Shown here: positions 1 through 10,151 of the stretch, one piece after another | Numbering within the stretch: the stretch's first letter is position 1 | Layout: each line of letters begins with the position of its first letter | IMG/VR virus record: IMGVR_UViG_3300022696_000137 | Span: 1-56,032 of that record | DNA length: 56,032 nucleotides | From: a virus | Lineage: Duplodnaviria; Caudoviricetes | Direction: 5' to 3' (one strand) | Notes under the pieces: model-generated | Databases searched by the model: none | What the model was told of the DNA's origin: nothing | The model's input: the letters and a program-made list of their open reading frames with translations, nothing else | Translations under genes and position numbers: made by a program

Positions 1-211
1 CTGCTACTGCCTCAAACAATCTGGCAGTATTAAGATCAAAATAACCATGAATTGGGTTATGCATAATTGCAAGTAAAGGATGTTCATACGAATGGAGGAA
101 ACCAGGACCACATAATTCTCCATCACCTGAGGTCTTGAACGTCTTATTTAGTTCCCATTGAAACCCATCGTAAGTCTTCATCTCACTGTTTGTTAACTTA
201 TAAACTTTCAT
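1..211 (-). CDS. Conserved phage hypothetical protein, partial (runs off the window start)
   Basis: Not in the ORF track; translated by hand: MKVYKLTNSEMKTYDGFQWELNKTFKTSGDGELCGPGFLHSYEHPLLAIMHNPIHG. GAGG SD upstream. Confidence 0.75.
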   Translation of the reverse strand, partial: MKVYKLTNSEMKTYDGFQWELNKTFKTSGDGELCGPGFLHSYEHPLLAIMHNPIHGYFDLNTARLFEAVA

Positions 212-247
212 CTTAACCTCACTTTAAAATAAATTTTTAAGTATATT

Positions 248-949
248 TTATCTAAATAAATTTTGAGGATTAATAATTTTAGGAGAAACACCACCCTGAC
301 AACATCCAGGAATTGGTATTAAATTATCACCCTTTACATCTATATTAAAATTATTTGTTAAATACTTATACCAACTTTTTTTATACTGTTCTTCAATTTC
401 TGCTAATTTTATTAAAAGATGAAATCCGCCCCTGGTTTTTAAAATGGTTAAACAATTTCTATTAATTCCTTTGCATATATCCCTAAAAATAGATTCGGGA
501 TAAATATCGTCGAAATCTAAATCAAAATATATTTTTCTTGACCAAGACTTCTGAACAAAACTCATGGCTTCTTGATAAGGATTATATCCGGTATAAGGTT
601 TTGTTATAAGATTAGCTAATTGAATTAATGTTTGTTTGGCTCCCTTTTCAAAACTTCTTGGATTTGGGTTTATATATAATGCTAAAGATTCCTGAGGAAT
701 TTCAATACCACCTTTTTGAACATAAGAACCTAAAGGGCATTCCAGTTGACGTATTTTATTAAATAAAGAATCTTTATCAGCAGTAAACCGTTTCATCTGA
801 CATTTATCTGATTTAATATACTTAATATTTTTACAATATTTTTTTCTGGCAAAAAGACAACAATAAAACTTTTCACCAAACTCAAGACTCGGAAGCCAAG
901 ATATAAATTTTTTAAGTTCATTTTCATCAAATATAATTTTATAATTCAT
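248..949 (-). CDS. Hypothetical protein with AEP/prim-pol-like motifs
   Basis: YFDLDFDD and TRGGFH resemble AEP motifs I and II. GGAGG SD. Confidence 0.5.
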   Translation of the reverse strand: MNYKIIFDENELKKFISWLPSLEFGEKFYCCLFARKKYCKNIKYIKSDKCQMKRFTADKDSLFNKIRQLECPLGSYVQKGGIEIPQESLALYINPNPRSFEKGAKQTLIQLANLITKPYTGYNPYQEAMSFVQKSWSRKIYFDLDFDDIYPESIFRDICKGINRNCLTILKTRGGFHLLIKLAEIEEQYKKSWYKYLTNNFNIDVKGDNLIPIPGCCQGGVSPKIINPQNLFR

Positions 950-964
950 CTATCCTCCAAACTA

Positions 965-2041
965 TTAATGAAAGTTTGTGTTTTTTCCAGTTAAAAATTG
1001 ATCAAAAACATATTTAAGAATAGCACGTTTAAAACAAGACCCATAACTCCTTAATTCTTCTTTAACCAATTTTACTACCACACCTTCAATAAGATTATGA
1101 TTTGATAAAGTAGATGGACCAACCCCAAAAGTGTTTATAATGTTAGACATACACAAAGGACCTGAATATAAAACGGGAACCGTACTTATATTATGAGAAT
1201 TACAAGAACTTAAAATCTTATCCCAATCTAAATATTTACCATCAACTTTAATATCAAAACATCTATATCCAAGTTTTCCTTGAGGGATATCATAAGTATA
1301 TCCGGATTGAACCCCCGGACCAAAAATTTCACCATACATGATTACTTGTTTAGCTTTAAACTCTTTAGATAAACTTGTAAGTAATTCTTTCATATTGTCG
1401 TTAAAAACGTACCAATAACGATTTGTTTCACTTTGTTTCAATCGAATAGTGTGTGAACCAACCATATATTCACCTTCAATTAAGCTATGTCTTGAGTTTG
1501 TACCATGAATCTTTTCTGTTACAACTACTTCATCACCATCTATAATCACATTTGGAAAATTTCTCATATTTTCAATATCAGTATATTTGTCAAAAAGATC
1601 ATGATCTTTTTCGGCGTCTTGGGAATTAAGTTTCAACGGTGGTTCATATTTCTTACAACCGAGAATGTCAACAACATTATTACCAACATACAAGTCGAAA
1701 TTATTAGTTTCATGTTTCTCTGCGAGATAATACTCAACAACCTTTAGAGGAACGAACACACCATAAGATGGTTCACCCCTCAAATTTACTGCACGAACAC
1801 GACCAAAATCTGGATCTGATTTTTTAAACGAAAGATATTTGTCAAAGTCAAGTGCTTCTGCAACACTTTTTGGAACCATAGTATCAATAGTAAAGTATAC
1901 ACCTTCTGTCCCAACTTCATATCCATTTTTTGCAACACACAACTGCCAACCTTTGATAATTGCAATATCCATCCGATCCGCGTTTGGGTGTGGTTTTATT
2001 TTTTCAATTTTTACCACTTCAGTAATTAAACTTGATGCCAT
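965..2041 (-). CDS. RNA ligase, DRB0094/Rnl2-like, with N-terminal OB-like domain
   Basis: HPNADR N-terminus, TEKIHGTN adenylation motif, YGEIFG, FDI, EGVVVK. Confidence 0.85.
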   Translation of the reverse strand: MASSLITEVVKIEKIKPHPNADRMDIAIIKGWQLCVAKNGYEVGTEGVYFTIDTMVPKSVAEALDFDKYLSFKKSDPDFGRVRAVNLRGEPSYGVFVPLKVVEYYLAEKHETNNFDLYVGNNVVDILGCKKYEPPLKLNSQDAEKDHDLFDKYTDIENMRNFPNVIIDGDEVVVTEKIHGTNSRHSLIEGEYMVGSHTIRLKQSETNRYWYVFNDNMKELLTSLSKEFKAKQVIMYGEIFGPGVQSGYTYDIPQGKLGYRCFDIKVDGKYLDWDKILSSCNSHNISTVPVLYSGPLCMSNIINTFGVGPSTLSNHNLIEGVVVKLVKEELRSYGSCFKRAILKYVFDQFLTGKNTNFH

Positions 2042-3108
2042 AAAACATTTCCTTTGGGTTTAATAATTTTCCAAATTGTTGAGCTATAATCTATATTTTT
2101 TTCTAAAGCGAAAATAAGCCCAGAAAATTTATTTTCTTTAGCTTTCAAAGCGAAATCTTTTTGGGAATAATTTACATTTAAAGTATTAACAATTTCAGAA
2201 TGAACCTTTTTAATATAAGACTCTATAATTTCATAGTTAAAAATTAATTTATCAATCTGTTCTTTTGTCCAAGAATGAAATTCATCAGGAATTATTTCTA
2301 CAATTTTATTTGGATATTTTCCCATTGAGAGTTGTTCCCAAATACGTCTTGCAGAAAGACCACAAAGAGCTCGATGAAGTTCTTTATACTTTTCGTATTT
2401 TATCTTTACACGAAAACCAGATTTAAATTTAACAACAAACCCTTCTTTATTAGTACCATCAAATTTATTAAGAGCGTTTTTCCAATCTTTAATCTTATAT
2501 TTTGAAACTATTTCAATACCAGGCGGAGTAATATCATATAAATTTTTATACTCAATTTCTTCTCCAGTAGACGTTTTTATAGCCCCTAACAACACTAATT
2601 TCTCTTCAGGATAATCCACAACAACTTTAGACTCAGAACAAAGTATTTCAAACAGATAAGTGTATTTTGGGTTAAAAGAATTGAAAACACAATTATATTT
2701 TTTTATTAAGAGTTCATTGGCTTTTACGGCTTGTTCAGATTCAAAAGATCCTCTTGTAGCAATATGATGTGACCATTTATTAAATTTTGAGGAATATTTA
2801 TGAAACAAAATTCCAAGCGAACCATCCATTTTTTCAAATAATTCAAAAGGTTCATTTGGAATTTTCCATCCCATTTTTTCTAATTGATCATTATTAAAAA
2901 ATTTTGGAAAGGGTTTGGCAATTATCTTATTGTTGACATCAACAATAAGACCCCGGCATGCCATTGTATACTTATTCCAAACCCAATCAAATTGAGTTTT
3001 GACCGTGTAATTTAGAACCCAAAAATCAAAAAATGGGTGTTTTCTTTTTGAAATATACCCAACTTCAATTAATTTATCAATTTCAATCCAATCTTGTTGA
3101 TTGAACAT
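2026..3108 (-). CDS. RNA ligase, T4 Rnl1-like
   Basis: CRGLI, PFPKFFN, EKMDGSLG, ATRGSF, EGFVV, RVKIK. Start taken at ATG 3108 (MFNQQ). Confidence 0.9.
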   Translation of the reverse strand: MFNQQDWIEIDKLIEVGYISKRKHPFFDFWVLNYTVKTQFDWVWNKYTMACRGLIVDVNNKIIAKPFPKFFNNDQLEKMGWKIPNEPFELFEKMDGSLGILFHKYSSKFNKWSHHIATRGSFESEQAVKANELLIKKYNCVFNSFNPKYTYLFEILCSESKVVVDYPEEKLVLLGAIKTSTGEEIEYKNLYDITPPGIEIVSKYKIKDWKNALNKFDGTNKEGFVVKFKSGFRVKIKYEKYKELHRALCGLSARRIWEQLSMGKYPNKIVEIIPDEFHSWTKEQIDKLIFNYEIIESYIKKVHSEIVNTLNVNYSQKDFALKAKENKFSGLIFALEKNIDYSSTIWKIIKPKGNVLWHQV

Positions 3109-3110
3109 TA

Positions 3111-3251
3111 CTACCAACTTTCTAAATCATTATAATTAAAAGGTTTTTTATTTCTTTTATATGGTTCTGCTTTTTTAAATTTTTTCTTTTTCTTTTTTGT
3201 TTGTTTTCTTTCTTCCCAACGAAGACGTCTTTCGAGCTTATCCAATTCCAT
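3111..3251 (-). CDS. Small basic hypothetical protein (46 aa)
   Basis: Hand translation MELDKLERRLRWEERKQTKKKKKKFKK. AAGGGG SD; fills the intergenic gap. Confidence 0.55.
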   Translation of the reverse strand: MELDKLERRLRWEERKQTKKKKKKFKKAEPYKRNKKPFNYNDLESW

Positions 3252-3262
3252 CAATTTCCCCT

Positions 3263-3526
3263 TTAATATGGATCCTTTTCTCCAGTAAGAACTTTGGCTT
3301 GATCAGCAACACTCAAATTTCTTTTCCATGCCTTTTTACCATATTGATAATCATATCCACCAGGAATATCTACTGATTGTCCTGTTGCACTAAATTGTTT
3401 TTTCATTTCTCCCTTACCACATTTTGGACACACCTCCGGTGGTTTCATATCTTTAGGAACCGATTTATTAGTACAATATTCCTCAGTGAAACCACATATC
3501 ATACACTTATAATCAAATGTTGGCAT
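3263..3526 (-). CDS. FmdB-family zinc-ribbon protein
   Basis: MPTFDYKCMICG...CPKCG. Confidence 0.8.
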   Translation of the reverse strand: MPTFDYKCMICGFTEEYCTNKSVPKDMKPPEVCPKCGKGEMKKQFSATGQSVDIPGGYDYQYGKKAWKRNLSVADQAKVLTGEKDPY

Positions 3527-3543
3527 TATTTTCTCCTTTGTGT

Positions 3544-3572
3544 AATATAAAATTATGTCACTGTCTTGTCAA
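3544..3572 (-). promoter_or_regulatory. Sigma70-like promoter (variant of the repeated class)
   Basis: TTGACA-N17-TATATT upstream of the zinc-ribbon gene. Confidence 0.65.
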
Positions 3573-4289
3573 GAGTTTATTTAAATTTTGAATCTGATTA
3601 TTACTAAATTTTGAGAATAATCCTATATTTTTATTTTTAATATTCATTAAATCATAAACTATTGTTTTGGCACTTTCCTTCAAATTTTTCAAAGACATCC
3701 TTTTATTGTCAACGATATAAGTCCAATCTGTCCAATTATCAAGAGATGTTTCTGATGGATGATTTTTTGATTCTTTATCTTTATTTACATCTCTGGTTAA
3801 TCTAATAGTTATTGTTTTTAGGTCTGAATCACAAATTCCTTTAATTTCATTTGGGAAACGACAATCAGTAATAAGAATAACATCGGCATCAGATTTCTCA
3901 ACCTTTTTACGAAGAGCTTTAACCCAATAATCATTATCTACACGATTCCTGAAAACTTCTGTTCCATAAAGTTGAAACATCTTTCTTACTATTGGTGTTT
4001 TGTCTTCGAACATTTTATTTTCTTCAGGAATACGAAAAGTTTCAATAAAATGTTTCATTTCTTTTGTATTATGATTATCCAAAACATAGTCTTTTAATTC
4101 TGATACAGTCTCTCTAATTAAATTGAATAATGAACGAAAGTCATTAATGCAATCTTGCTTTAATTTATTAGCAAAAAAATCTTCTATAACATCTAAATTA
4201 TGTTTTTTAAATTCTTCCTTTAAATATTTTGCAATTTGATTTTTACCTGACCTTAATTTGCCTGAAATTAAAACCACTAATTTTTCCAT
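3558..4289 (-). CDS. Deoxynucleoside monophosphate kinase (T4 gp1-like)
   Basis: P-loop ISGKLRSGKN, QLYGTEVFR, TDCRFPNE, HPSE. Confidence 0.85.
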   Translation of the reverse strand: MEKLVVLISGKLRSGKNQIAKYLKEEFKKHNLDVIEDFFANKLKQDCINDFRSLFNLIRETVSELKDYVLDNHNTKEMKHFIETFRIPEENKMFEDKTPIVRKMFQLYGTEVFRNRVDNDYWVKALRKKVEKSDADVILITDCRFPNEIKGICDSDLKTITIRLTRDVNKDKESKNHPSETSLDNWTDWTYIVDNKRMSLKNLKESAKTIVYDLMNIKNKNIGLFSKFSNNQIQNLNKLLTRQ

Positions 4290-4303
4290 TTTTAAACCTT
4301 TCT

Positions 4304-4492
4304 TTAATCAATTAAAAGATATTTAGTTTTATCAATATATTGTGAACCAGTACTTTCACGTATAAGCACATCAGTGCCGCCATCAATTGTTACATTACCA
4401 CATCGACAAGTAACTTTAAGACCATTGACCTCTGATACAATTATATCATTACATTTAGTACATTGAACAGAGTTTTTAATTATTTTTTTCAT
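4304..4492 (-). CDS. Small Zn-binding hypothetical protein
   Basis: CTKCNDII...CRCGNVTIDGG. Confidence 0.7.
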   Translation of the reverse strand: MKKIIKNSVQCTKCNDIIVSEVNGLKVTCRCGNVTIDGGTDVLIRESTGSQYIDKTKYLLID

Positions 4493-4806
4493 TTACTTAC
4501 CCCTTTAATTTGAGCTAAAATTTCTTCATAATCTTTTCTATTTTTACCAAACACTTCATAGTGAGCTGATGATTTTTTTCTAAATAAAACAGGAAGGTCG
4601 TCGGGTATTTTCATTTCAAAAACTTTACAATTTACCACACAAGATTTAGGAAAATTATTCTCTAAAGTTTTAGGAGAACACCAAACATCACCAATTTTTT
4701 TAATTGTGTTTTTCATCATATTTGTATTCTGAATCATCAAGATTTGTATATTGAATAAGAACTCTACCACATATACCACAACTAAAATTTTCTTTTGGAA
4801 TTTCAT
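4489..4806 (-). CDS. Hypothetical protein (true start probably near 4718)
   Basis: ORF couples to both neighbours; the 5' part overlaps the upstream gene. Confidence 0.5.
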   Translation of the reverse strand: MKFQKKILVVVYVVEFLFNIQILMIQNTNMMKNTIKKIGDVWCSPKTLENNFPKSCVVNCKVFEMKIPDDLPVLFRKKSSAHYEVFGKNRKDYEEILAQIKGVSK

Positions 4807-5275
4807 CTACAGTTTTAAAAGCATAATATCCACCACAATTTGTACAATCAATGGATAAAAATGTTGGATCCAAAATATTTTCATTATTTTCAGGATTTGT
4901 GTTCCTACTATCCTCAAAATCTTGTTTGTCTTTTATTTTAGAATTAATAATATTTTTTAATTCAGAATCACTCAAGTCGCCTGCTCTGGTTCCGTCTGGA
5001 AGAACATCATTAAATTTTGAAGAATCTAAATTTAAATCAAACCCATTTATAGAAATGGGAATTTTAAGTGATTTAAAAATCATATCGGAAATCATTTGAG
5101 TATACGCAACACCATCAAGATAACCAACAAGAGTATCTTTATTTTTAACAACTATAGGTACATAATATGGATTTCCGTTTTCGTCAAGTGGTGCCGGATA
5201 AATCAATTTATCCTCTTCCGCAGTCGAATTTTTGTTTAATTTCTTTGATCTGTTCTGTCTCGAGTATTTCGGCAT
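4700..5275 (-). CDS. Hypothetical protein with C-terminal double CxxC (start may be TTG 5206)
   Basis: CTNCGG...CGICG; GAGGA SD before TTG 5206. Confidence 0.65.
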   Translation of the reverse strand: MPKYSRQNRSKKLNKNSTAEEDKLIYPAPLDENGNPYYVPIVVKNKDTLVGYLDGVAYTQMISDMIFKSLKIPISINGFDLNLDSSKFNDVLPDGTRAGDLSDSELKNIINSKIKDKQDFEDSRNTNPENNENILDPTFLSIDCTNCGGYYAFKTVDEIPKENFSCGICGRVLIQYTNLDDSEYKYDEKHN

Positions 5276-5636
5276 AAATATCCGCCACCCTCATGCTACA
5301 TTCAAAATATTCTGATATTCTTTCTTTAGAAACTTTATCAACATCTTTAGATTTTTTTATATACTTAAAAAATTGTTTTCTTTTTGGTAATGTTGTTAAA
5401 TAATAGCGGTGATGTACATCTTTAGGTAAATCTGAAATTTGATTAACTTCATTCACCAAAGGTAAATACATTTCACACATTGAAACAAACCTATTTATCA
5501 TAAATGGTTCATAAGATCCCGTTTCTCCTGGATCTGACATATCAAGAGATATTTTTCGTTCTGTAAGATCTTTTAAATGTTCAAAAATAGGTTTCTTCTT
5601 GATTTTAAACTCGTCTTCAACTTTCTTCTTAGCCAT
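5208..5636 (-). CDS. gp62: Clamp loader small subunit (T4 gp62-like)
   Basis: YEPFMINRFVS, EVNQ, RKQFFKY, ISEYFECS pattern. Confidence 0.75.
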   Translation of the reverse strand: MAKKKVEDEFKIKKKPIFEHLKDLTERKISLDMSDPGETGSYEPFMINRFVSMCEMYLPLVNEVNQISDLPKDVHHRYYLTTLPKRKQFFKYIKKSKDVDKVSKERISEYFECSMRVADIYAEILETEQIKEIKQKFDCGRG

Positions 5637-5653
5637 ATTATTCCTTTTAATTT

Positions 5654-5682
5654 AAAATATAATTTGTTAATATAATTGTCAA
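5654..5682 (-). promoter_or_regulatory. Repeated phage promoter TTGACAATTATA
   Basis: TTGACAATTATA; -10 TATTTT at 17-bp spacing. Confidence 0.7.
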
Positions 5683-6173
5683 ATAAGTATACTTGTTTTT
5701 CCATTAGGAACAATAATCTTAATTTGTGTAACTAAAGTATAATTAGCAAGATCAATATGAACCCAATTCATACCCTTAAAATCTTCAAGCCTATTAATAT
5801 ATTTAAAACAAGATTCAGATCGACCCTTCTCTTTAATAATTTTTCTAACTTCTTGATCATCCATACCCAATATATTAAAATCTATGGCTCGACCAAATCT
5901 ATGTTGAGAAAATTTTGCACCAAAATTACAATTAAATGGTCTAAAACCACGATATTGGAGGTTTCCCCCCATGTCCCAATTATTTATCAACATTGGTCTA
6001 CCAAAATAATGTCTAATGGCATCTGCTGTCCAAAGAAGTCTGGAATCAAAACACCAATATAATGCATTCCAACCAATGTTAGAAAATGTTTTTTTATCAA
6101 CAAGCTCTTTAATATTAAAATAATAAGGCCTATGAAATTTAGTTAACCCTTGACAACAAAAATCTAAAGACAC
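5679..6173 (-). CDS. Peptidase M15-family peptidoglycan hydrolase (possible endolysin)
   Basis: GFR...SQHRFGRAIDF...WVHID Zn-ligand pattern. Confidence 0.8.
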   Translation of the reverse strand: MSLDFCCQGLTKFHRPYYFNIKELVDKKTFSNIGWNALYWCFDSRLLWTADAIRHYFGRPMLINNWDMGGNLQYRGFRPFNCNFGAKFSQHRFGRAIDFNILGMDDQEVRKIIKEKGRSESCFKYINRLEDFKGMNWVHIDLANYTLVTQIKIIVPNGKTSILI

Positions 6174-6174
6174 A

Positions 6175-6348
6175 TTAAAACCCTTTTAAAATTAAATTAA
6201 AAAATGGGTTAATAGGATTTGGTATACTTCTTATTAAAACATCTTTCCTTTTTCTACGCTCAACATCAGCTTTCAATTCTTTGGATTTTCTTAATTTTTC
6301 TCTTCTTTTTCTTTTTTCATACGAAAAGTCACTTCTAAGTTTCTTCAT
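6175..6348 (-). CDS. Small basic hypothetical protein (57 aa)
   Basis: Hand translation MKKLRSDFSYEKRKRREKLRK; ATGA overlap with the upstream stop. Confidence 0.45.
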   Translation of the reverse strand: MKKLRSDFSYEKRKRREKLRKSKELKADVERRKRKDVLIRSIPNPINPFFNLILKGF

Positions 6349-7079
6349 ATTTCTACCTCTACACCGGAATCTTCTGCGGTAACTGAAAATTGATCTACAG
6401 TAAGCGGAAATTTAAATCCTTTCTCTGTCCATTTTTGATTTAATAATTGAATATTTGCATTATTTTCTCTGCTTGATCTGTGTTGTAAAAGAACATCTGC
6501 TACAGCTAATTTATATCCGCGATCTAAAACTTGTAAACCAAAATCAACATTGTAAAGATCATGAGCGATAAATGATTCATCAAATCTAAGACCTTCTTTA
6601 AATAACAAACCCCTTACAGCAAAGAAAAATTTATGAACAACAACTACATCATCATAATATCCAATAACGTCTTTTTTCATGTGAATAGTTTGACCATTAT
6701 GATCTTGAATCCATTGACCTCTAATAGTGTTTGGGGGTTCCATAAACCAATTGGCGTTTGGGGGTAATGTTGTCCCCCCGGCAACACCAACCAACCCAAC
6801 TTCAGGTTTTGCATTAAACACCTTTCCAAGTTTTTGAGAAAAATTAGGATCTAAAATTTTAACGTCTTCATGGACAAAACAAATTATATCTTGATCATCC
6901 ATTTTAGCTCCAATATAAGCTTCAATCCCCTTATTATATTTTTGACAAATACCATTTGTTTTTTGATTTGGGTCATTGTGTACATCAACACAGGGAACAT
7001 TTCTTAATTTATTTAAAGAAAAACCAACATAATTATTATAATTTGCTTCATCATGTCTTGCAACAACAAACTTAACCAT
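6345..7079 (-). CDS. GT-A (GT2-like) glycosyltransferase
   Basis: YNKGI, FVHEDV, VGLVGVAG, FDE.F..HDLYNVDF. Confidence 0.8.
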   Translation of the reverse strand: MVKFVVARHDEANYNNYVGFSLNKLRNVPCVDVHNDPNQKTNGICQKYNKGIEAYIGAKMDDQDIICFVHEDVKILDPNFSQKLGKVFNAKPEVGLVGVAGGTTLPPNANWFMEPPNTIRGQWIQDHNGQTIHMKKDVIGYYDDVVVVHKFFFAVRGLLFKEGLRFDESFIAHDLYNVDFGLQVLDRGYKLAVADVLLQHRSSRENNANIQLLNQKWTEKGFKFPLTVDQFSVTAEDSGVEVEI

Positions 7080-7106
7080 TTTACCCTCCGGTCCAATAGA
7101 TTTACT

Positions 7107-7901
7107 TTATCTCCAATGCTTATCATTAAGATGAGTTAAAATTTTCAATTGTATATCAGTTGAAAGACAATTCATAATTGATTCGACATCACCATTCTCT
7201 GTAATTTGTTCAGCAATATTTTTAGAAGGAATTATTCGTCTCGCATACTGTTTACTATCTTTAGTTACAAAAAACTTAAAATCATCAAACACTAATGGAA
7301 TATTTTCTTGACACCATTTAAGTAAATTTAGCATAACTGAACGAATTTCCCAATGCGCAAATTTATCACATCTCATGTGAAATATATGTCTCCACTCACG
7401 AACATTTGCACTAACGACAATCTGACTTCTTGTAGCGATTGGGAGAACTTGACGGGCATCTTCTGATTTCCATTCTTTATTTCTTAATCCTTTATACATT
7501 TCTTGATTTAATTGAAACCACTCTCTTAAAGTAATGGTGTTAAACGGAGCCATTTCAAGATTAATAATCTCATCTTCATTTTTATGTGGTGGAACTACAA
7601 CCTGTAAATTACTTTTAGAAACATATCTTGTAGACTCTTGAGCAAATGAAGAAAGTCTATGTCTAACCATTTCATGAGTGAATCCACGGCTAACATCATT
7701 AAATCTTACATTAAGATGACTAAATTCAAACATGGCAAAGTGTTCTCTTTTCATAAGATTCTTTACAAGTTTAATATCATTCTCTTCAGAGGCTTTATCT
7801 TGAGATTGATAACATGTCCGGGCCGCAATTGCTATATCATGCACAACATTTTCTGGTTTAGTTAAAACTTCAAATTTACCTCTATTTTTAAGAATTTTCA
7901 T
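7107..7901 (-). CDS. thyX: FAD-dependent thymidylate synthase
   Basis: RHRLSSFAQESTRYV signature, EDARQVLP, AHWEIR. Confidence 0.95.
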   Translation of the reverse strand: MKILKNRGKFEVLTKPENVVHDIAIAARTCYQSQDKASEENDIKLVKNLMKREHFAMFEFSHLNVRFNDVSRGFTHEMVRHRLSSFAQESTRYVSKSNLQVVVPPHKNEDEIINLEMAPFNTITLREWFQLNQEMYKGLRNKEWKSEDARQVLPIATRSQIVVSANVREWRHIFHMRCDKFAHWEIRSVMLNLLKWCQENIPLVFDDFKFFVTKDSKQYARRIIPSKNIAEQITENGDVESIMNCLSTDIQLKILTHLNDKHWR

Positions 7902-8188
7902 ATTAAAGTTCCAGGCCTTTCTTTTTGGGGTCCCTTTTCTGAAATAACTTTAAATACAATTTTCCCGCACTCATTAAGAGCATTAACCATTTCTTTATTT
8001 CTTTTTACGAGTTGAGGGGTATCATCCTGTTTTTTAGCCATTTGTTGTTTCTGGTAATCAATTTGTAAATTTATTTCACCAAGATCTTGAATACCCATTT
8101 GATAACAGCTCTGTTCAAGCGTTCCCTGTTTATATTGTGTAAAGAGCCAACTAAAATCTAAATTTTTACCACTATTATAATGATCCAT
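7898..8188 (-). CDS. Hypothetical protein
   Basis: ORF with GGAGGA SD, in operon. Confidence 0.65.
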   Translation of the reverse strand: MDHYNSGKNLDFSWLFTQYKQGTLEQSCYQMGIQDLGEINLQIDYQKQQMAKKQDDTPQLVKRNKEMVNALNECGKIVFKVISEKGPQKERPGTLI

Positions 8189-8196
8189 AAATCCTC

Positions 8197-8457
8197 CTAT
8201 TGATATAAACCACCCTTATTAATTTGATTGTGACGGACCCAAACCTTTTCTCTAACATAGTTCATGTGTTCAAGCCCCCGCTTTAAACCAACATCTTGTG
8301 GATTATCCATAATTTTTTGTTTCTGATTAGAAATGAGTAAATCCATACTTTGAAGATAATTTACAAGAAGCTGTTTATCTGTAACATTTCTCAAATACAT
8401 ATCAAAGCGGATTTTTCCTTCACGATAATATTCTAATAAATTATCTGATATTGACAT
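8197..8457 (-). CDS. Hypothetical protein
   Basis: ORF with SD, abuts the clamp loader gene. Confidence 0.65.
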   Translation of the reverse strand: MSISDNLLEYYREGKIRFDMYLRNVTDKQLLVNYLQSMDLLISNQKQKIMDNPQDVGLKRGLEHMNYVREKVWVRHNQINKGGLYQ

Positions 8458-9417
8458 TTATCCTCCTATAAGATCTATTAATTCAATAATACAACATGCG
8501 GCATTGATTTCTGGATCTATTGACGTTGTATGTCTATGCATAAATTCACCGATAACTAATATAGCTGGAGCTTGTTTTGTTGAATTTAACATAGGCACAA
8601 AATTATCATATAAATTTCTGAAAAGTTCTGTATAATTATAATTTTTTTCGATTAAATATTTTCTGGCTTTCCCAAATTTCTTTTCTTTAATATATGTATA
8701 AAATTCATCGTCTATCTGTTGAAAAGAAAAAATGTTTTCATCAATGGATTTAGTCATTTTTGAATATTGTTGACAGAGTTTAAGCATGTTTCTAATATCA
8801 GGAAAATAAACATCTACTAATTTTTCAATAGTTTCTCTTTTATATTCAACTTCTTCAATTTCAAGAATACCACATAAACGCTCAATAATTTGAGGTTTCA
8901 TTTCATCTTTAAATTCTTTAGCTGACATATTAAAATCTACTTCTTGACATCTTGATCTTAATGGCTCAATTATTTGAGATCTATAATTGCAAGTCAATAT
9001 AAATCTACAACTATTTTTAAATTCCTCTATAGCTGCACGAAGACCTTTTTGTAATCCACGACTTGCCCCATCAAATTCATCACAAATAACAACTTTAGGT
9101 TTACCATTAAGAGATTTCATAGACGCAAATTTTTTAATATCATTTCTAAGAGTGTCAATTCCACCCTCAGAAGAAATATTTATATAGCGATAATTAACAT
9201 CCAAATCATAACAAAGTGCTTTAGCTATTGTGGTTTTCCCAACACCTGGAGAAGTTGAATACAAAAGAATATTAGGAATTTCACCATCTTTTAATATTTC
9301 TTTAAAAAACTTTTTATATTTCTTTGGGAGTAGGATATCATTCACAGTATCAGGACGATATTTTTCTATCCAAAGATAATTTGCTAATTGCTTTTTCATA
9401 TTTGGTCTCGCCATCAT
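8458..9417 (-). CDS. gp44: Clamp loader large subunit (T4 gp44 / RFC-like AAA+)
   Basis: LWIEKYRP, PGVGKTT, DEFD, LRSRC. Confidence 0.95.
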   Translation of the reverse strand: MMARPNMKKQLANYLWIEKYRPDTVNDILLPKKYKKFFKEILKDGEIPNILLYSTSPGVGKTTIAKALCYDLDVNYRYINISSEGGIDTLRNDIKKFASMKSLNGKPKVVICDEFDGASRGLQKGLRAAIEEFKNSCRFILTCNYRSQIIEPLRSRCQEVDFNMSAKEFKDEMKPQIIERLCGILEIEEVEYKRETIEKLVDVYFPDIRNMLKLCQQYSKMTKSIDENIFSFQQIDDEFYTYIKEKKFGKARKYLIEKNYNYTELFRNLYDNFVPMLNSTKQAPAILVIGEFMHRHTTSIDPEINAACCIIELIDLIGG

Positions 9418-10151
9418 TAAGCCTTTCTTTTATTTTTCTTACGGTTTATTTTTCTGATTTTTTTAGTTTTCTTTGCTTTCGCCTTTTCTTTACGCACTTT
9501 TTTCAATCTAAGAGTTTTACGTTGTCTTGCTTCTTCTGTTTTTATTTTAGGAGCGTTAAACTTACAATTTTCATCGGTAGGACTTTTAACAAATGAAACA
9601 TCGTGAGATTCTACATCTCCTGCACTTGTTGGAATAGACCCCTCTTTCATAAAATCGTCTTGAAGAACATCTGATGCACTTGTAGACGCCAAAAACTCTT
9701 CATGACCTTTATTTTTAAATTTTTTCCTATAAAATTTATCCAAATTTCTTAATTTTCTTAAATTTCGTCTAAATTTTCTATTATCTACATTAAATGATTC
9801 CTTTTCTTTTTTCTTATCTTCTTCAGTTTTAATACAATTACAAGGATAAGGCATACCAGTATTGGCTTCTTTACCAACCCATCCGCGACCATAACAATGT
9901 TTACAACTTGGATTTGGGTCTTTTAAAGTTTGACCAAGTTTTTTTGCAACGGCACGAATGGCGTCCATTGGTGTAAGGTTTTCTTTGTCAATTACCTCAC
10001 CACCTTCTGTATCAATGAATTCCTCAATACCATCAATCTTATATTCATCATTTTGAGAAAATTCATTCATCTCACTTTGAAAATCTTTCAAAGAAGGCTT
10101 TTCAACTTCTTCAATGTTTTCTTCAAGATTTTTATCTTTTTCCATTTTCAA
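9417..10151 (-). CDS. Hypothetical protein with Zn finger and basic C-terminus
   Basis: CKHCYGRG...PCNC; K/R-rich tail. Confidence 0.65.
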   Translation of the reverse strand: MKMEKDKNLEENIEEVEKPSLKDFQSEMNEFSQNDEYKIDGIEEFIDTEGGEVIDKENLTPMDAIRAVAKKLGQTLKDPNPSCKHCYGRGWVGKEANTGMPYPCNCIKTEEDKKKEKESFNVDNRKFRRNLRKLRNLDKFYRKKFKNKGHEEFLASTSASDVLQDDFMKEGSIPTSAGDVESHDVSFVKSPTDENCKFNAPKIKTEEARQRKTLRLKKVRKEKAKAKKTKKIRKINRKKNKRKA

